From assembly GCA_030704615.1 (NCBI GenBank), contig CM060734.1, positions 10,044,001 through 10,108,000 of the forward strand: a DNA stretch of 64,000 nt, given 5' to 3'. The notes below the pieces were generated by a model. It was not told where the DNA came from. It did no database searches and saw only the letters and a list, made by a program, of their open reading frames with translations. The stretch comes from Takakia lepidozioides. Lineage: Eukaryota; Plantae; Bryophyta. Positions 11,710 to 22,100 of this stretch are shown here, piece by piece (position 1 is the stretch's first letter; the number at the start of each line of letters is the position of its first letter). A program made the position numbers and the translations under genes.

Positions 11710-12439
11710 TGTCGCGCACTTCACTTCGGTAAGCTCCCCTTCAAGTCATAGTTACTCGCTTTGATGCGCGCGCCTAACTCCCAAACTGGCCGCCGGGCCA
11801 ACTCGGAGCTTCGGCTGCTCACCGGGACATAACGGTCCCCTTTTACTCCTCCACCAAACCCTCGCTCAATTTGGGCCTAGTGGAAAATTCCCTTTGGTTG
11901 TTGGCAGTCCGGAACAGCTCCCCACACCTTGGTCGCTTTCCGGCTCGCACGCTTACTGACAAGTTTTTGGTCACCAACGGGCTTGCACCGTTCTCGGGGT
12001 TACTACTCCCTATATATACTTCTGTGACTGTCTGCGGGGGTTTCACACACAACCCAGTCATTTTATGGCGAACCGCCACGAAAACCCTCCATTCCCGGTG
12101 ATGAGTCATGGTGAGTCTTGGCCCACCCACCACGGCCCCATTGGACTGTGATGAGTCCCAAGACTCCCCACGACTCCCACCACAAGGTCTTCGCCCCATG
12201 GTGAGTCCTATGCCAACCCCACTAAGACCCACTAAGCTACCACCACTCCTCGTGGACCATCCCCCACCGCAACCCGGTGTGCGGGCTCCACCTAGTGAGT
12301 TCCTCCGCCTCCTTGAGTGCCTTAGGCACTCAAGGGTGCTTCAGCCCCCGTACCTATTGTTGCCACTGCCCCCACCACAGGGGCAGCCCCTCTTGTGTCC
12401 CGACCCCCCCCCCCGCCCTCAAGGCAAAGGGCCGCGACA
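11710..12439 (-). repeat. 5' LTR (730 bp) of the chromovirus
   Basis: TGTCGCG...CGCGACA inverted termini, TATATA at ~12011-12018 and a 25-bp palindrome at 12311-12335. Confidence 0.95.
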
Positions 12440-12918
12440 CACATGCTACAGAGAGAGGAGGAAGTAGGAGCTCGCCTGAGAGGGCTCGGCTTTAGTTGGC
12501 GCGGGCTGTGAGCAAGACAAGGGAATCTCCTGCTGGAGCTTCAGCTTGGCCATGCGAGACGTTGGACGTGTCCCGTAGTACAAAGGTTTGAGTTTGTGCC
12601 GCGGTCTGGAAGTGGGGTTTCTCTCAGGAGAGCCACGACCTACTCCATGCGGCATAAGTCCGAGTAACAGAAGAATTTCCCACAGATTGCGTGTGTACAG
12701 GCCTCGAGTGGAACTTCATCCACCCGTCACGTCAGGGGTTCCATGCGTATCCGAGAAGGCAGCGCGGAATCCGTGCCGAACGTCCTGTTCAAAATCAACG
12801 GCTGCGGACAATGAATGCTGGCCGGCGCCCTTCAATGCCGTAGGTATGGAGCTCGCCCCCGCCGCCACCTGTCCCAACTTCCACCCGAGACTACATCAAT
12901 AGCCCACTGGATTGAAAA

Positions 12919-13700
12919 ATGAAGTCGGAGCGCCACCTGGCCCTCGCTCCGCTCGAGACGGCATCATCCACAAGCCCCTCGATGGAAAAACGGCGCTGAA
13001 TTTCCATCCAGCGGATGAAGTCGGAGCGCCACCTGGCCCTCGCTCCGCCCGAGACGACATCATCCACAAGCCCCTCGATGGAAAAATGGCGCCGAATTTC
13101 CATCCAGCGCATGAAGTAGGAGCGCCACCTGGCCCTCGCTCCGCCCCAGACGGCATCATCCACAAACCGGCGCCGAATTTCCATCCTGCAGGTAAGTGGG
13201 AGCTCGGTCGGATGGAGAACCGGTGCCGAATTTCCATCCTGCAGGTAAGTGGGAGCTCGGACGGATGGAAAACCGGCGCCGAATTTCCATCCTGCAGATA
13301 AGTCGGAGCTCGAACGGATGGAAAACCTACTCCATCTTGCAGGTAAGTAGGAGCTCCCCCGCATGGAAAACCGGCGCCGAATTTCCATCCAGCGGACGAC
13401 ATTTGTAGGGATAATGTACAAAATAAGTGGCCCGCAGGGAGAAAACTCTAAGTTGAGGGTCGGATTATACAAAAAAACTCGAAAAAGGTCATGTAACGAC
13501 TGAAAATGGTTGATGACGGCTCCATACGGGCGTCCTCGGATGGAAATTCGACGCCGTTTTTCCATCCGGGGGATGATCTCTGGCAGCCACGTGTCGGCCT
13601 CTCCCCCCGAGATGACTTCATCCGAGCGCCCTCGGATGGAAATTCGGCGCCGTTTTTCCATCCGGGGGATGATCTCTGGCAGCCACGTGGGCCCGTCACC
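12919..13700. repeat. Composite repeat block: 96-bp x ~2.7, 53-bp x ~4, spacer, then 96-bp x 2 with the core motif inverted; all carry GGCGCCGAATTTCC or a one-base variant
   Basis: Unit starts at 12919/13015/13111, 13166/13219/13272 and 13534/13630. Confidence 0.9.
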
Positions 13701-13740
13701 CTCCGATTGGACTTCATGTCGAAGTAAATGCGCCTCATTC

Positions 13741-15720
13741 CCAGAAATGCGTCGGGAAGTTGATCCTCTACTCCTGTGGCTGGTTCTCCAATACTAAGTC
13801 TTGATAGATGATCTGCTGTAATATGTATTCTTCCAGGTTTATGAACCACTTCAAAATCATACTCATGAAGAAGTAACAACCATCAAGCAACCCTGCCACT
13901 AGCTAGTGGTCTAAATGAACGAGAGCCTGATGATCAACAATAAACTTAAAGCGATTGCCGAGTAAATAATGCCGAAACTTTTGAACAACATAAATGATTG
14001 CCAATGGTTCCTTTTCCGTGGTACTATAGTTCTTTTTAGCAACTGTCAGCAATCTGCTTGCATAGTAGATTGGTGAATCTATTGTGCCTGTCACATTTTG
14101 GGCCAGAACTGCCCCCAAAGCAATGCCTGATGCATCATTGTGTACATGGTAAATCCCATCTTGGATTTATTAGAATTGGTGCTGCTGTGAGTGCCCTTTT
14201 TAGTGAATCAAATGATTCCTCGCAAGCTGGAGACCATCGGTATTCGGCATCCTTCTTCAGCAGTCTATAGACTGATGCCGTTCTCTGAGCATATTTGGCC
14301 ATGTACCTTCTGTAATAGCTTGTCTGTCCCAAAAATCTCTTGAGTTTCTTGGGATTTTCTGGTGGTGGTATTTTTTGGATAACATCCACCTTCTTTGGAT
14401 CTACCAGAATTCCCTGTTGGCACACAATGTGTCCCAACAGTAATCCTGAATTCACACAAAATGTACATTTTTCCGGATTGAGACTTACTCCATTGTCTCT
14501 GCAGGCTTGTGAGCAAAGTTTTAACTGTGCCAAGTGTTTGGATTTATGTCCGAAGACATTGAAATTATCCAAGAATACCTGCATAAAGTCATTGAGATAA
14601 CTCTTGAATATCTCAGATACTGCTCGCTGAAACGCGGCTGATGCGTTGCAAAGTCCAAATGACATGACTTTGTAAGCATAGGCTCCCCATTCAGTGATGA
14701 ATGCGGTCTTTTCTCGGTCTTCTTCTGCCATCTATACCTTATTGTACCCACTGAACCCATCCATGAATGAGTACATCTCATGTCCCGCTACTGTGTCCAA
14801 CACTATCTCTGTGAAAGGTAGTGGAAATGGGTCTTTCTTGGTTCCTGCGTTTAATTTGCGGTAGTCCACACATACTCGTAATTTACCATTCTTCTTGGGT
14901 ACTATCACAATGGGTGATAACCATTGTGGTGTCTCTACTGGGTATATAAATCTTGCATCCAGTAATTTCTTGATTTCTTCCCAAACTTTAGCTACATAGT
15001 TGGGGTTCATTCTGTAACGGTTCTGACGAACTGGTTTCGTGTCAACTTCCAATTCAATTCGGTGCTGACATATGTTGGAAGGTATGCCCTTCAAATCTTT
15101 GTAGTTCCAAGCGAATACATCATTGTATTCCGTGAATAATGTAGTGGCTTCTTGTAGAAATGATTCTTCGAGACCTGCACTTTACTCGTATTATCTGTGG
15201 TTCTTCCACTGTTCCCAGATTCACTTGAATCAATTGGGTTTCTTCTGTTACTGTCCATCCTGCAATCTCCTGTCCGATGGTTGCAATCGTGGCAGGCACT
15301 TCACTGATGTTAATGTTCTCTTCTCTTTCTTGATAAAAACGGGCAGGGACTTGTGGTGCTTTTGATATCATATTCCTTACTTTAGTGTTGTTTACGTCTC
15401 ACTCGCACTCCTACGGCTCAAGGCTGCTGCCCAGTCAAGCTTGTATCGAAGCTTGTATCTCTGCACTGTTTCAGGCATTGTCTATAACATACGCACTTTT
15501 TTAAACTGTTTCTTTTTGTGACCTTTTTGGTGAATGTTGAGTCATTTCCATCTTAGAGCTTTTTAGTCCAGCCTGGAAGCTACTTGTAGTGCAACTTTCT
15601 TGTTTACTGGGGCTGTTCATCTACTCAACCCGTTGAGCAAGGCCCCCGACCTTGGTCTAAAGAAGCATACTTGGCGATATTGGCGATTTCTCAACTCTGT
15701 TTGATGTCCAGGTCTCCATT
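13741..15720 (-). mobile_element. Non-chromoviral Ty3/Gypsy pol fragment (RT + RNase H; no integrase or LTR seen)
   Basis: VFAWNYKDLKGI, WLSPIVIVPKKNGKLRVCVDYRKLN, FMDGFSGYN, FMQVFLDNF (decayed xLDD), IYYASRLL..NYSTTEKE and ADHLSR. Homology stops at DQLPDAFL. Confidence 0.9.
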
Positions 15721-15737
15721 ATCGGACTATGTTTCTC

Positions 15738-16622
15738 CCGGACAAAAGATGGGCCTCAACCTCATCCGTTCAATGGGTGCAATAGCCGTTCACCCATGAC
15801 AGGATTTTTTTTTCCCCAATAAACAAAATTGGATGACAGGTGAACGCCTCATTGGCCCATCGAACGAATTTCGATTGATCTCATATTACTCTGGGATGTC
15901 AAATGGTACATTGAACATGCTGGCCAAGTCTCGAAGCGAACGAAAATCATTTGAACGAAAAATATACTTCATGCACTATTCATAAAGAATTCTCCAATAC
16001 TGACGACGAGAACACAATTTTTTTTTCCATTTTTTTTTGGTCCAAATTTTTGCAGGGACGTAGCGGTATGAGGGTTGAAGCCACAGAACAAAATTGAGCC
16101 AAAAATAAAATCGTTACGTAGCAGAAACCCCCAATCAAAGGCAGTGTAAACCTAATTATTGACTTCAAATTAATTTAAATTCAATTAAATTCTCGAATTG
16201 GTTGAGGGGTGAGCACGTCGATGGGGAGGCAAATGATTTTTTCTTCTGTTGTGTCTCCGCACATGTGTCGCACACATGTTCAAGCACATGCGGACAAAAG
16301 ATGGGCTTTAACCACATCCGTTCAATGGGTGCAATAGCCGTGCATGCATGACATGATTTTTTTTTCCGCAATGAACAATATTGGATGATAGGTGAACGCC
16401 TCATTGGCCCTCGAACGAATTTCGATTGATCTCATATTACTCTAGGACCTGTCAGATGGTACATTGAACATGCTGGCCAAGTCTCGGAGCGAACGAAAAT
16501 CATTTGGATGGGCAACCATCCGTTGGCCCATTGAATGGTTTTCGTTTCATCTCATATTACTCTAGGACCTCTTAGATGGTACATTGAACATACTGGCCAA
16601 GTCTCAAAGCGAACCAAAATCA
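15738..16622 (+). repeat. Direct repeat of ~215 bp (two full copies plus a partial third)
   Basis: 15738-15953 resembles 16291-16506, and 16525-16622 repeats the 3' half (TCTCATATTACTCT..ATGGTACATTGAACA..GGCCAAGTCTC). Confidence 0.85.
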
Positions 16623-17200
16623 AGTAAAATTAAAATTAAAATAAAAACAAAAACAAAAACAAACCAGGCGACCGCTGCGACAGTGATCGCCTGGGAAAGT
16701 GCGTCTGCCGCTGCACAGTCGCATGGGGTTAAAAACATAAAAAAACCATAAAAGAACCATAAAGCACGAAATAAAAATAAAAATAAGGGACTGCTGTGGA
16801 ACCGCTGCTGCAGCTGTCGCCTGGGATAGAGCGTCTGCTGCGTCTGAGAGAAAAAAAAAAAAAAACACATTTTTTAAAATTAAAAAAAACAATATTTTAA
16901 ACAAGTAAAATTAAAATTAAAATAAGGGACCGCTATGGGGACCGCTGTGGCAGCGGTCGCCTGGGAATGAGCGTCCGCCGCTCGCTGAGAAAATAATATT
17001 AAAAAGCTAAATAATTCGTAAAACAGATAAAATAAAATAAAATAAGGAAAAAACAAAAAAACACTGGGCGACCGGTATGACAGCAGTCGCCCAGAAAGAC
17101 AAACACATAACATAATGATAAGATAATGATATATAGTGACCAGTAGAACGGTCGCCTTTGTTTGGGAAAAATTAAGTAAATAAAAAATAAAACCAAACTA
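16620..17200. repeat. AT-rich degenerate repeats: GC cores (GACCGCTG..GTCGCCTGGG..GCGTC) separated by A-tracts
   Basis: Cores at ~16667, ~16787, ~16927 and ~17066. Confidence 0.7.
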
Positions 17201-17211
17201 TAAATTGTAAA

Positions 17212-17396
17212 GGTGGACGCGTTGCCGAAGCAAACGCAACTTATGATGTCGCTTGACCCAGAAGGACTACGCCTTCTTGTAGGAAGGTGGATACCTTTGT
17301 AACAACCAACAGGGTGTTTTGAACTTTGAAGTTTGAACCCACAACCACTCGTAAGAGGATATATGCCCTTACCACTGGGCTACATGCTGGTTGTTT
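17212..17396 (-). mobile_element. tRNA-derived SINE, copy 1
   Basis: A box TAGCCCAGTGG, B box GGTTCAAAC and 13-bp TSD TATAAATTGTAAA (17199-17211, 17397-17409). Homologous to 35575-35754. Confidence 0.85.
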
Positions 17397-17409
17397 TATA
17401 AATTGTAAA

Positions 17410-17550
17410 TTGTTAACAAGTAGGTTGTTCGGAACAAGTAGGTTGTTAACAAGTGGGTTATTCGGAACAACCTATTTGTTAAGAAGTAGGTTGAACAAGT
17501 GGGTTGTTAACCAAATATGTTGTTCTTAACAACCCACTTGTTAACAAGTA
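17410..17550. repeat. Minisatellite of AACAAGT(A/G)GGTTGTT-like units in both orientations
   Basis: Repeated ttgttaacaagt / gttgttcggaacaa motifs. Confidence 0.75.
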
Positions 17551-17630
17551 TGAAAGCATATTTGGAAGATGCTTTAAATAGAAGCATATTTTGGAAGATG
17601 CTTTGATTTGAAGCATCTTTATCCAACTCG

Positions 17631-17720
17631 TGTTGATGTTGTTAGGGGTGTAGAATGGCCGAATGGTACGCATATAGTGTGTACCATTCGGCCAGTTCTA
17701 CACCCCTAACAAAATCAACA
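17631..17720. repeat. Near-perfect inverted repeat (~42-bp stem, short loop)
   Basis: tgttgatgttgttaggggtgtagaatggccgaatggtac pairs with gtaccattcggccagttctacacccctaacaaaatcaaca. Confidence 0.9.
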
Positions 17721-17829
17721 AGAACAACATAACGTTGGTGATGATAGGGTTGTGACAGGGTTTGTTATGGGTGTGACAGGCACAGCTAAAGGGCGGAACA
17801 GGGATAGGATGACTGGCCGAAAAGTATTC

Positions 17830-18140
17830 CATAGGTTATTGTCATCGCTGATCCTACTTAGTCGGATCTATTTTCACGTGTAGCATCATTGCAAAGAGCG
17901 GCCGCTCTCATAGTTGCTCAAGACAAGGAACGTGATTACCACGAGCCTTATTCCACTTATGCATTCCTCCCGCTAGTAGTCGAGATTTTTCGATGTTTGC
18001 ATCGCCAATTGGATGACTTTCTGCGCACATGTGCCCATCCTGCGGCAGAAAACAAAAGTGTTGGCAGCCCCAATGCCTATGCTCTCGTAGCTTTCTTTAG
18101 GCAATAAGTTTCTACATTACAAAGAGCACAAGCTTTGTTG
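17830..18140 (+). mobile_element. 3' fragment of an RLE-type (CRE-like) non-LTR retrotransposon
   Basis: VIADPT...AA..AQDKERDY...FLPLVVEIFRCLH..LDDFL...FFRQ*VS.LQRAQA follows the restriction-like endonuclease C-terminal pattern. Confidence 0.65.
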
Positions 18141-19144
18141 GCTCTTTTGTAGAGAGAGACTTTGCAACATGTTAAGTCAATGGAGAAAATGTGGTCAAAG
18201 GACCTTACACCGTGTCAAGACTCCGATTGGTTGTGCTGAGTCATTCCACTTACTCTCACCTTCCTCTTATGTTTTGCCAAAGCAAGAGAGCCCATCGCCG
18301 TGTCAGGCTTGTTTTACGGGCGCAAGTGGCCTAGGCAGCTTCATCTCGTCTCCCAATTTGTTATGACCACCACCGTTCTTGTTGTCTGATCTACTTCAGG
18401 CCATACGTGATGCTAGATCGGTTTGATTGGGTTTGTTGTCTCTACATTTCCCTTTCTCTGTGGTGTTTTATTTCTCCACTTAGAGGGTCTTGTTGACTCT
18501 TGTACAGTCAGTCACCTCATTTCGGTCTTTTGTAAACTTTGCAGAAGATACATTACCAGGGGGTCCAGTTCTAAACCCTGGTGTTACAAAAGTAAATGCC
18601 AGCTGGGTTGGTTCTTTTATCATATATACCAGTCCAACACTGGTTTTAACTTCCAGTGATTTTCAAAGCACAGTACTTGATAGACCTTTGGCCCAGCTAT
18701 CAGGTCTTGACACCCACATTCTGAACTTTTTTGTTTCAGTCATAAGGTTCCATATCTGGAGCACAACAACAACACGATTCCGGATCTAGCAAAGCAAATC
18801 TTATTAAACACAAAATCAAATGATCTGGTGTCAGATCTACTGCATCCACTGTTGCTGAAGCTGTGTGCCTTGAAACACAGAGACGTAGGAATGTTTCATA
18901 GGATATAGCAAAGCTAATTCAGACCAATGAAGTGGAATTGGTCATATTGTTCATTCTCAGATGATCTGGACCAAATTTGTGCATGTATGAAGACAAACTT
19001 TAAGGCACAGGGATCTCAACTACAGTGCACCTTCTGCTAATGAATTGAACAAATTGGTCAGGGGCCCCTGTGCAGAGATGCTGGTCATCTTGACACCTAC
19101 TGTACTACTCAGAATTTGACTCAAAATTTGAATTGTAAACAAGT

Positions 19145-22100
19145 CTAACCATAAATGCCACCTGGAATTCGCCCAACCAGATTGTAGAAGAACAGGCATG
19201 GCACAGCGGCATCCATGATAGAAAGGTTTGGATCTAAGCTTCGGGCAAAGCCAACAAGCACACAAACTGCCACCACCAAAGATGCATAGGAGCTGTCTAC
19301 AGTCACCTCGTACTTGTGACAAAGCTGTAGCACCTGTAACATTCCAAGAAGTCACATTATTTAATTCCGAGTTGTGCTTGGTTTGACACAGCAAACGAAC
19401 GTGACTGCAAGCATTGTACCGATGTGCCCTCTGTGATTCTCTAAGTCTGATCTCCCATACTGGACACAGGTTTGTGGGTACAAACGCAGTGCGCTCGTCC
19501 CCACTTTCTTAACTTGTGCTGCGCATTATTGCTTATTGAGAAATGCATACACCCATAAGACCTTTGACATGCTTGATGGGGAACAGGGCTCCAACAAGCT
19601 TCTGTTCAAGCAAAAAAAGGTAAGTGAGGGAGAACGTGTGCCTACCTGCTTGAGCACATTATTGAGGTCAATAGGTTGAAGCATCAGGTTGCACTCACAC
19701 CTGAACAGTTCCTTCATGTCCTGTACTAGCAGGTCCGGCCTCTTACAGCGCTGCTCCTGTGGCCATGAAAAATGAAGCAGATGGTATGCCTGTACTGTCA
19801 CAACAGGTCTGGAAAAGTTAGAATCACAAGCATAGAGGTTACACTAACTTCAATGTTTCAAACTCTACTCAAATTCAAGGGTTGATGCTCAAGAAAATTA
19901 CAACATGAACCCCTCACAGATCCTTGAAAAGAGCAAGTGCGAAGCTTACACTAGGTTGAACTATGTTTGACAAACTGAAATTTAAAATACAGTAGAACTT
20001 TTCCTGCCTCATGGAGCAATCCCAAGTCCAAGCCAAAGGAACCCCCTGGCCTAGGTACAACCTCCTTAAAACTTGTGTTCTCCAGCGATTTTCATCCTCA
20101 ACCCAATATGCAAGTACACTATGGAAGTTAAAACACACTTGTTTCAGAGGGAAGTAACAAACCGCACGCTCGCCATCAGCAGCCCCTATCATGATGATGA
20201 AGGAAATGAAGTGAAAGCGGACTTTTGGGGGCAACTCCTCAGCCAGGCCAGAATCCAACAGCACTAACTGCAGCCTCTCTAAGTTCTCTCCCTCTTCATT
20301 TGCTGTTCCACAAAGTAAATTGGTGAGCAATACAGTGGCAATTTCTCAAAAAATCGACCCACCAAAGTGATTCTTATCTATAAAGTTCTATGATGCATGA
20401 TTTGGTGAAATCGGGTGAATTAGTAGGTAGTATAAATCTCTCTGCATATGTACGAGATATATCCTCCATTTTCCATTGGCATTACCTGGTAGAACACTTC
20501 CGAGTAGCATTATTTTCAGTGTCAGAAATTTGAAAATACCTGCCATACGTGCAAGAATGTTGCCAGGGTGCAAATCTGTGTGAACAAAATTATCTGTCAG
20601 CATCATTTTCAGGTAGGTGTCAACTCCCACTGCAGCAATCTGCACCAACGTTTCAAAGACCTTAACAAATAAAACTGCAAGAGCATGAACTAACAACTAG
20701 TTGTTTTGTGTGCTCATCAGATACACGTGAATCAATCCATCTGCATCGCCCCTGGTTTCAAGTCTGATGACAGCAGTTACTTTCATTGCGGAAAAAGACA
20801 GCTGTGGCCTGGAAAGCCTTTGACAAGTCAATTTGTCAGTGATGGCTCTCAGCAACAACCAAGCCTACTACCATTCTGGCAATGCACCGAGTGGGCAGGG
20901 GATATTTGGTCCAGGGGCATATACCTTAGTGTTGAGAGTAGAACGGTTCCTTAAAAACTCATGCAGAGCAGAGCCTCTCTCAAAAGTCTCCACAATCACG
21001 CCTTCTGAAACCTGTACCAGTCAAGGTTTTAAATAAGGCATAATACAAACATAGCTAATACTACCTGAAAACAGTCGCAGCCACAGCTTGAGTAAGTGAG
21101 CATACCAAGGGTGGGTCCCAGCATGAACAAAAAGATAACCTTATGCACACGTATTATCTTTGTTTGGTGCTGTCTGCTGAATATCTTTGGAGATATCACA
21201 TTCTTTGCCTAGTTCCCCATGCTGTGACAGGAAAGAGGTTTACCAAATGAGGAATGAGCTTTGGCCAAACAACTGTTTGATGCAAACCCTCAAAATTCTT
21301 GTAGAACCGAAGCAGGTTTGTAGCTTCAACGCGTAGATCAGCCTGCATGGATTCACTAGAGGGCATGAATTTTTCCTTACTTGCTAGCGCAAATTTGTCA
21401 TAATATCCCACTGCTCTTGATGTGTCATGCATGCGAGTTGGTTGTTTCAAACAAAACCTTCAAAGGGCAACATGACACCAGAATGATGATATGTAACCTT
21501 ATAATGGAAAATGGGAAGATTCACTCCAAACCCCAGTATACATTACCCACTTGCCAAAATGGTGTCATATCCTACGATATACACAAGGCACAAGTACTTG
21601 CAATGTCAGTCAAAGTACACAACAGAACAGAAAAGAGGAAGCACATGCAAATGACTGGAGAAGATAGTAGCCAGCCAGTGATAACAAGGTAAACATTCAC
21701 ATGTTAATTTGCAGATTGTCCAACTACTACAGCAAAACTGCATGAACCCCTTAAACAGAAATTTGAAGGGACTAATGTGCATCAGGTGACCCACCTGCGC
21801 AGTCATTGTATGAGAAAATTGTTCGACACTTCGTTGCAAATTGAGCCATCGGAGGGCGGGCAGCTTTTGTGCAATATTTGCCAATGCTGACATGATCTGG
21901 AAGTCCTGGTATATTCTCACTGCAACATATGGATGTCTCACCTGAAAAATTGTCCCAGAAAACATGTTAGGATAAGTTGAGAAGAGGACCCTGTATCCAG
22001 AGAAGCATCAAACAAAAGTACAACACTCAGAGCTGAGGCATTTTCCCAGATGTATATCTCACAACCTGAACTTGCAAGAAATTTCTTCAGTAATCCAAAT

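Larger units (their letters stand above)
5607..12439 (-). mobile_element. Full-length Ty3/Gypsy chromovirus LTR retrotransposon (degenerate)
   Basis: TG..CA termini and 5-bp TSD CACAT (5602-5606 and 12440-12444). PBS present. Domain order gag-PR-RT-RH-INT-chromodomain. Confidence 0.95.

Noticed and set aside
12095-12170. TGATGAG motifs in the LTR as a hammerhead ribozyme (retrozyme)
   Set aside because: No CUGAUGA core paired with a correctly placed GAAA and no supporting stems.
12891-13727. 256-aa and 168-aa repeat ORFs
   Set aside because: Products of the 96-bp and 53-bp tandem repeats; no recognisable domain.
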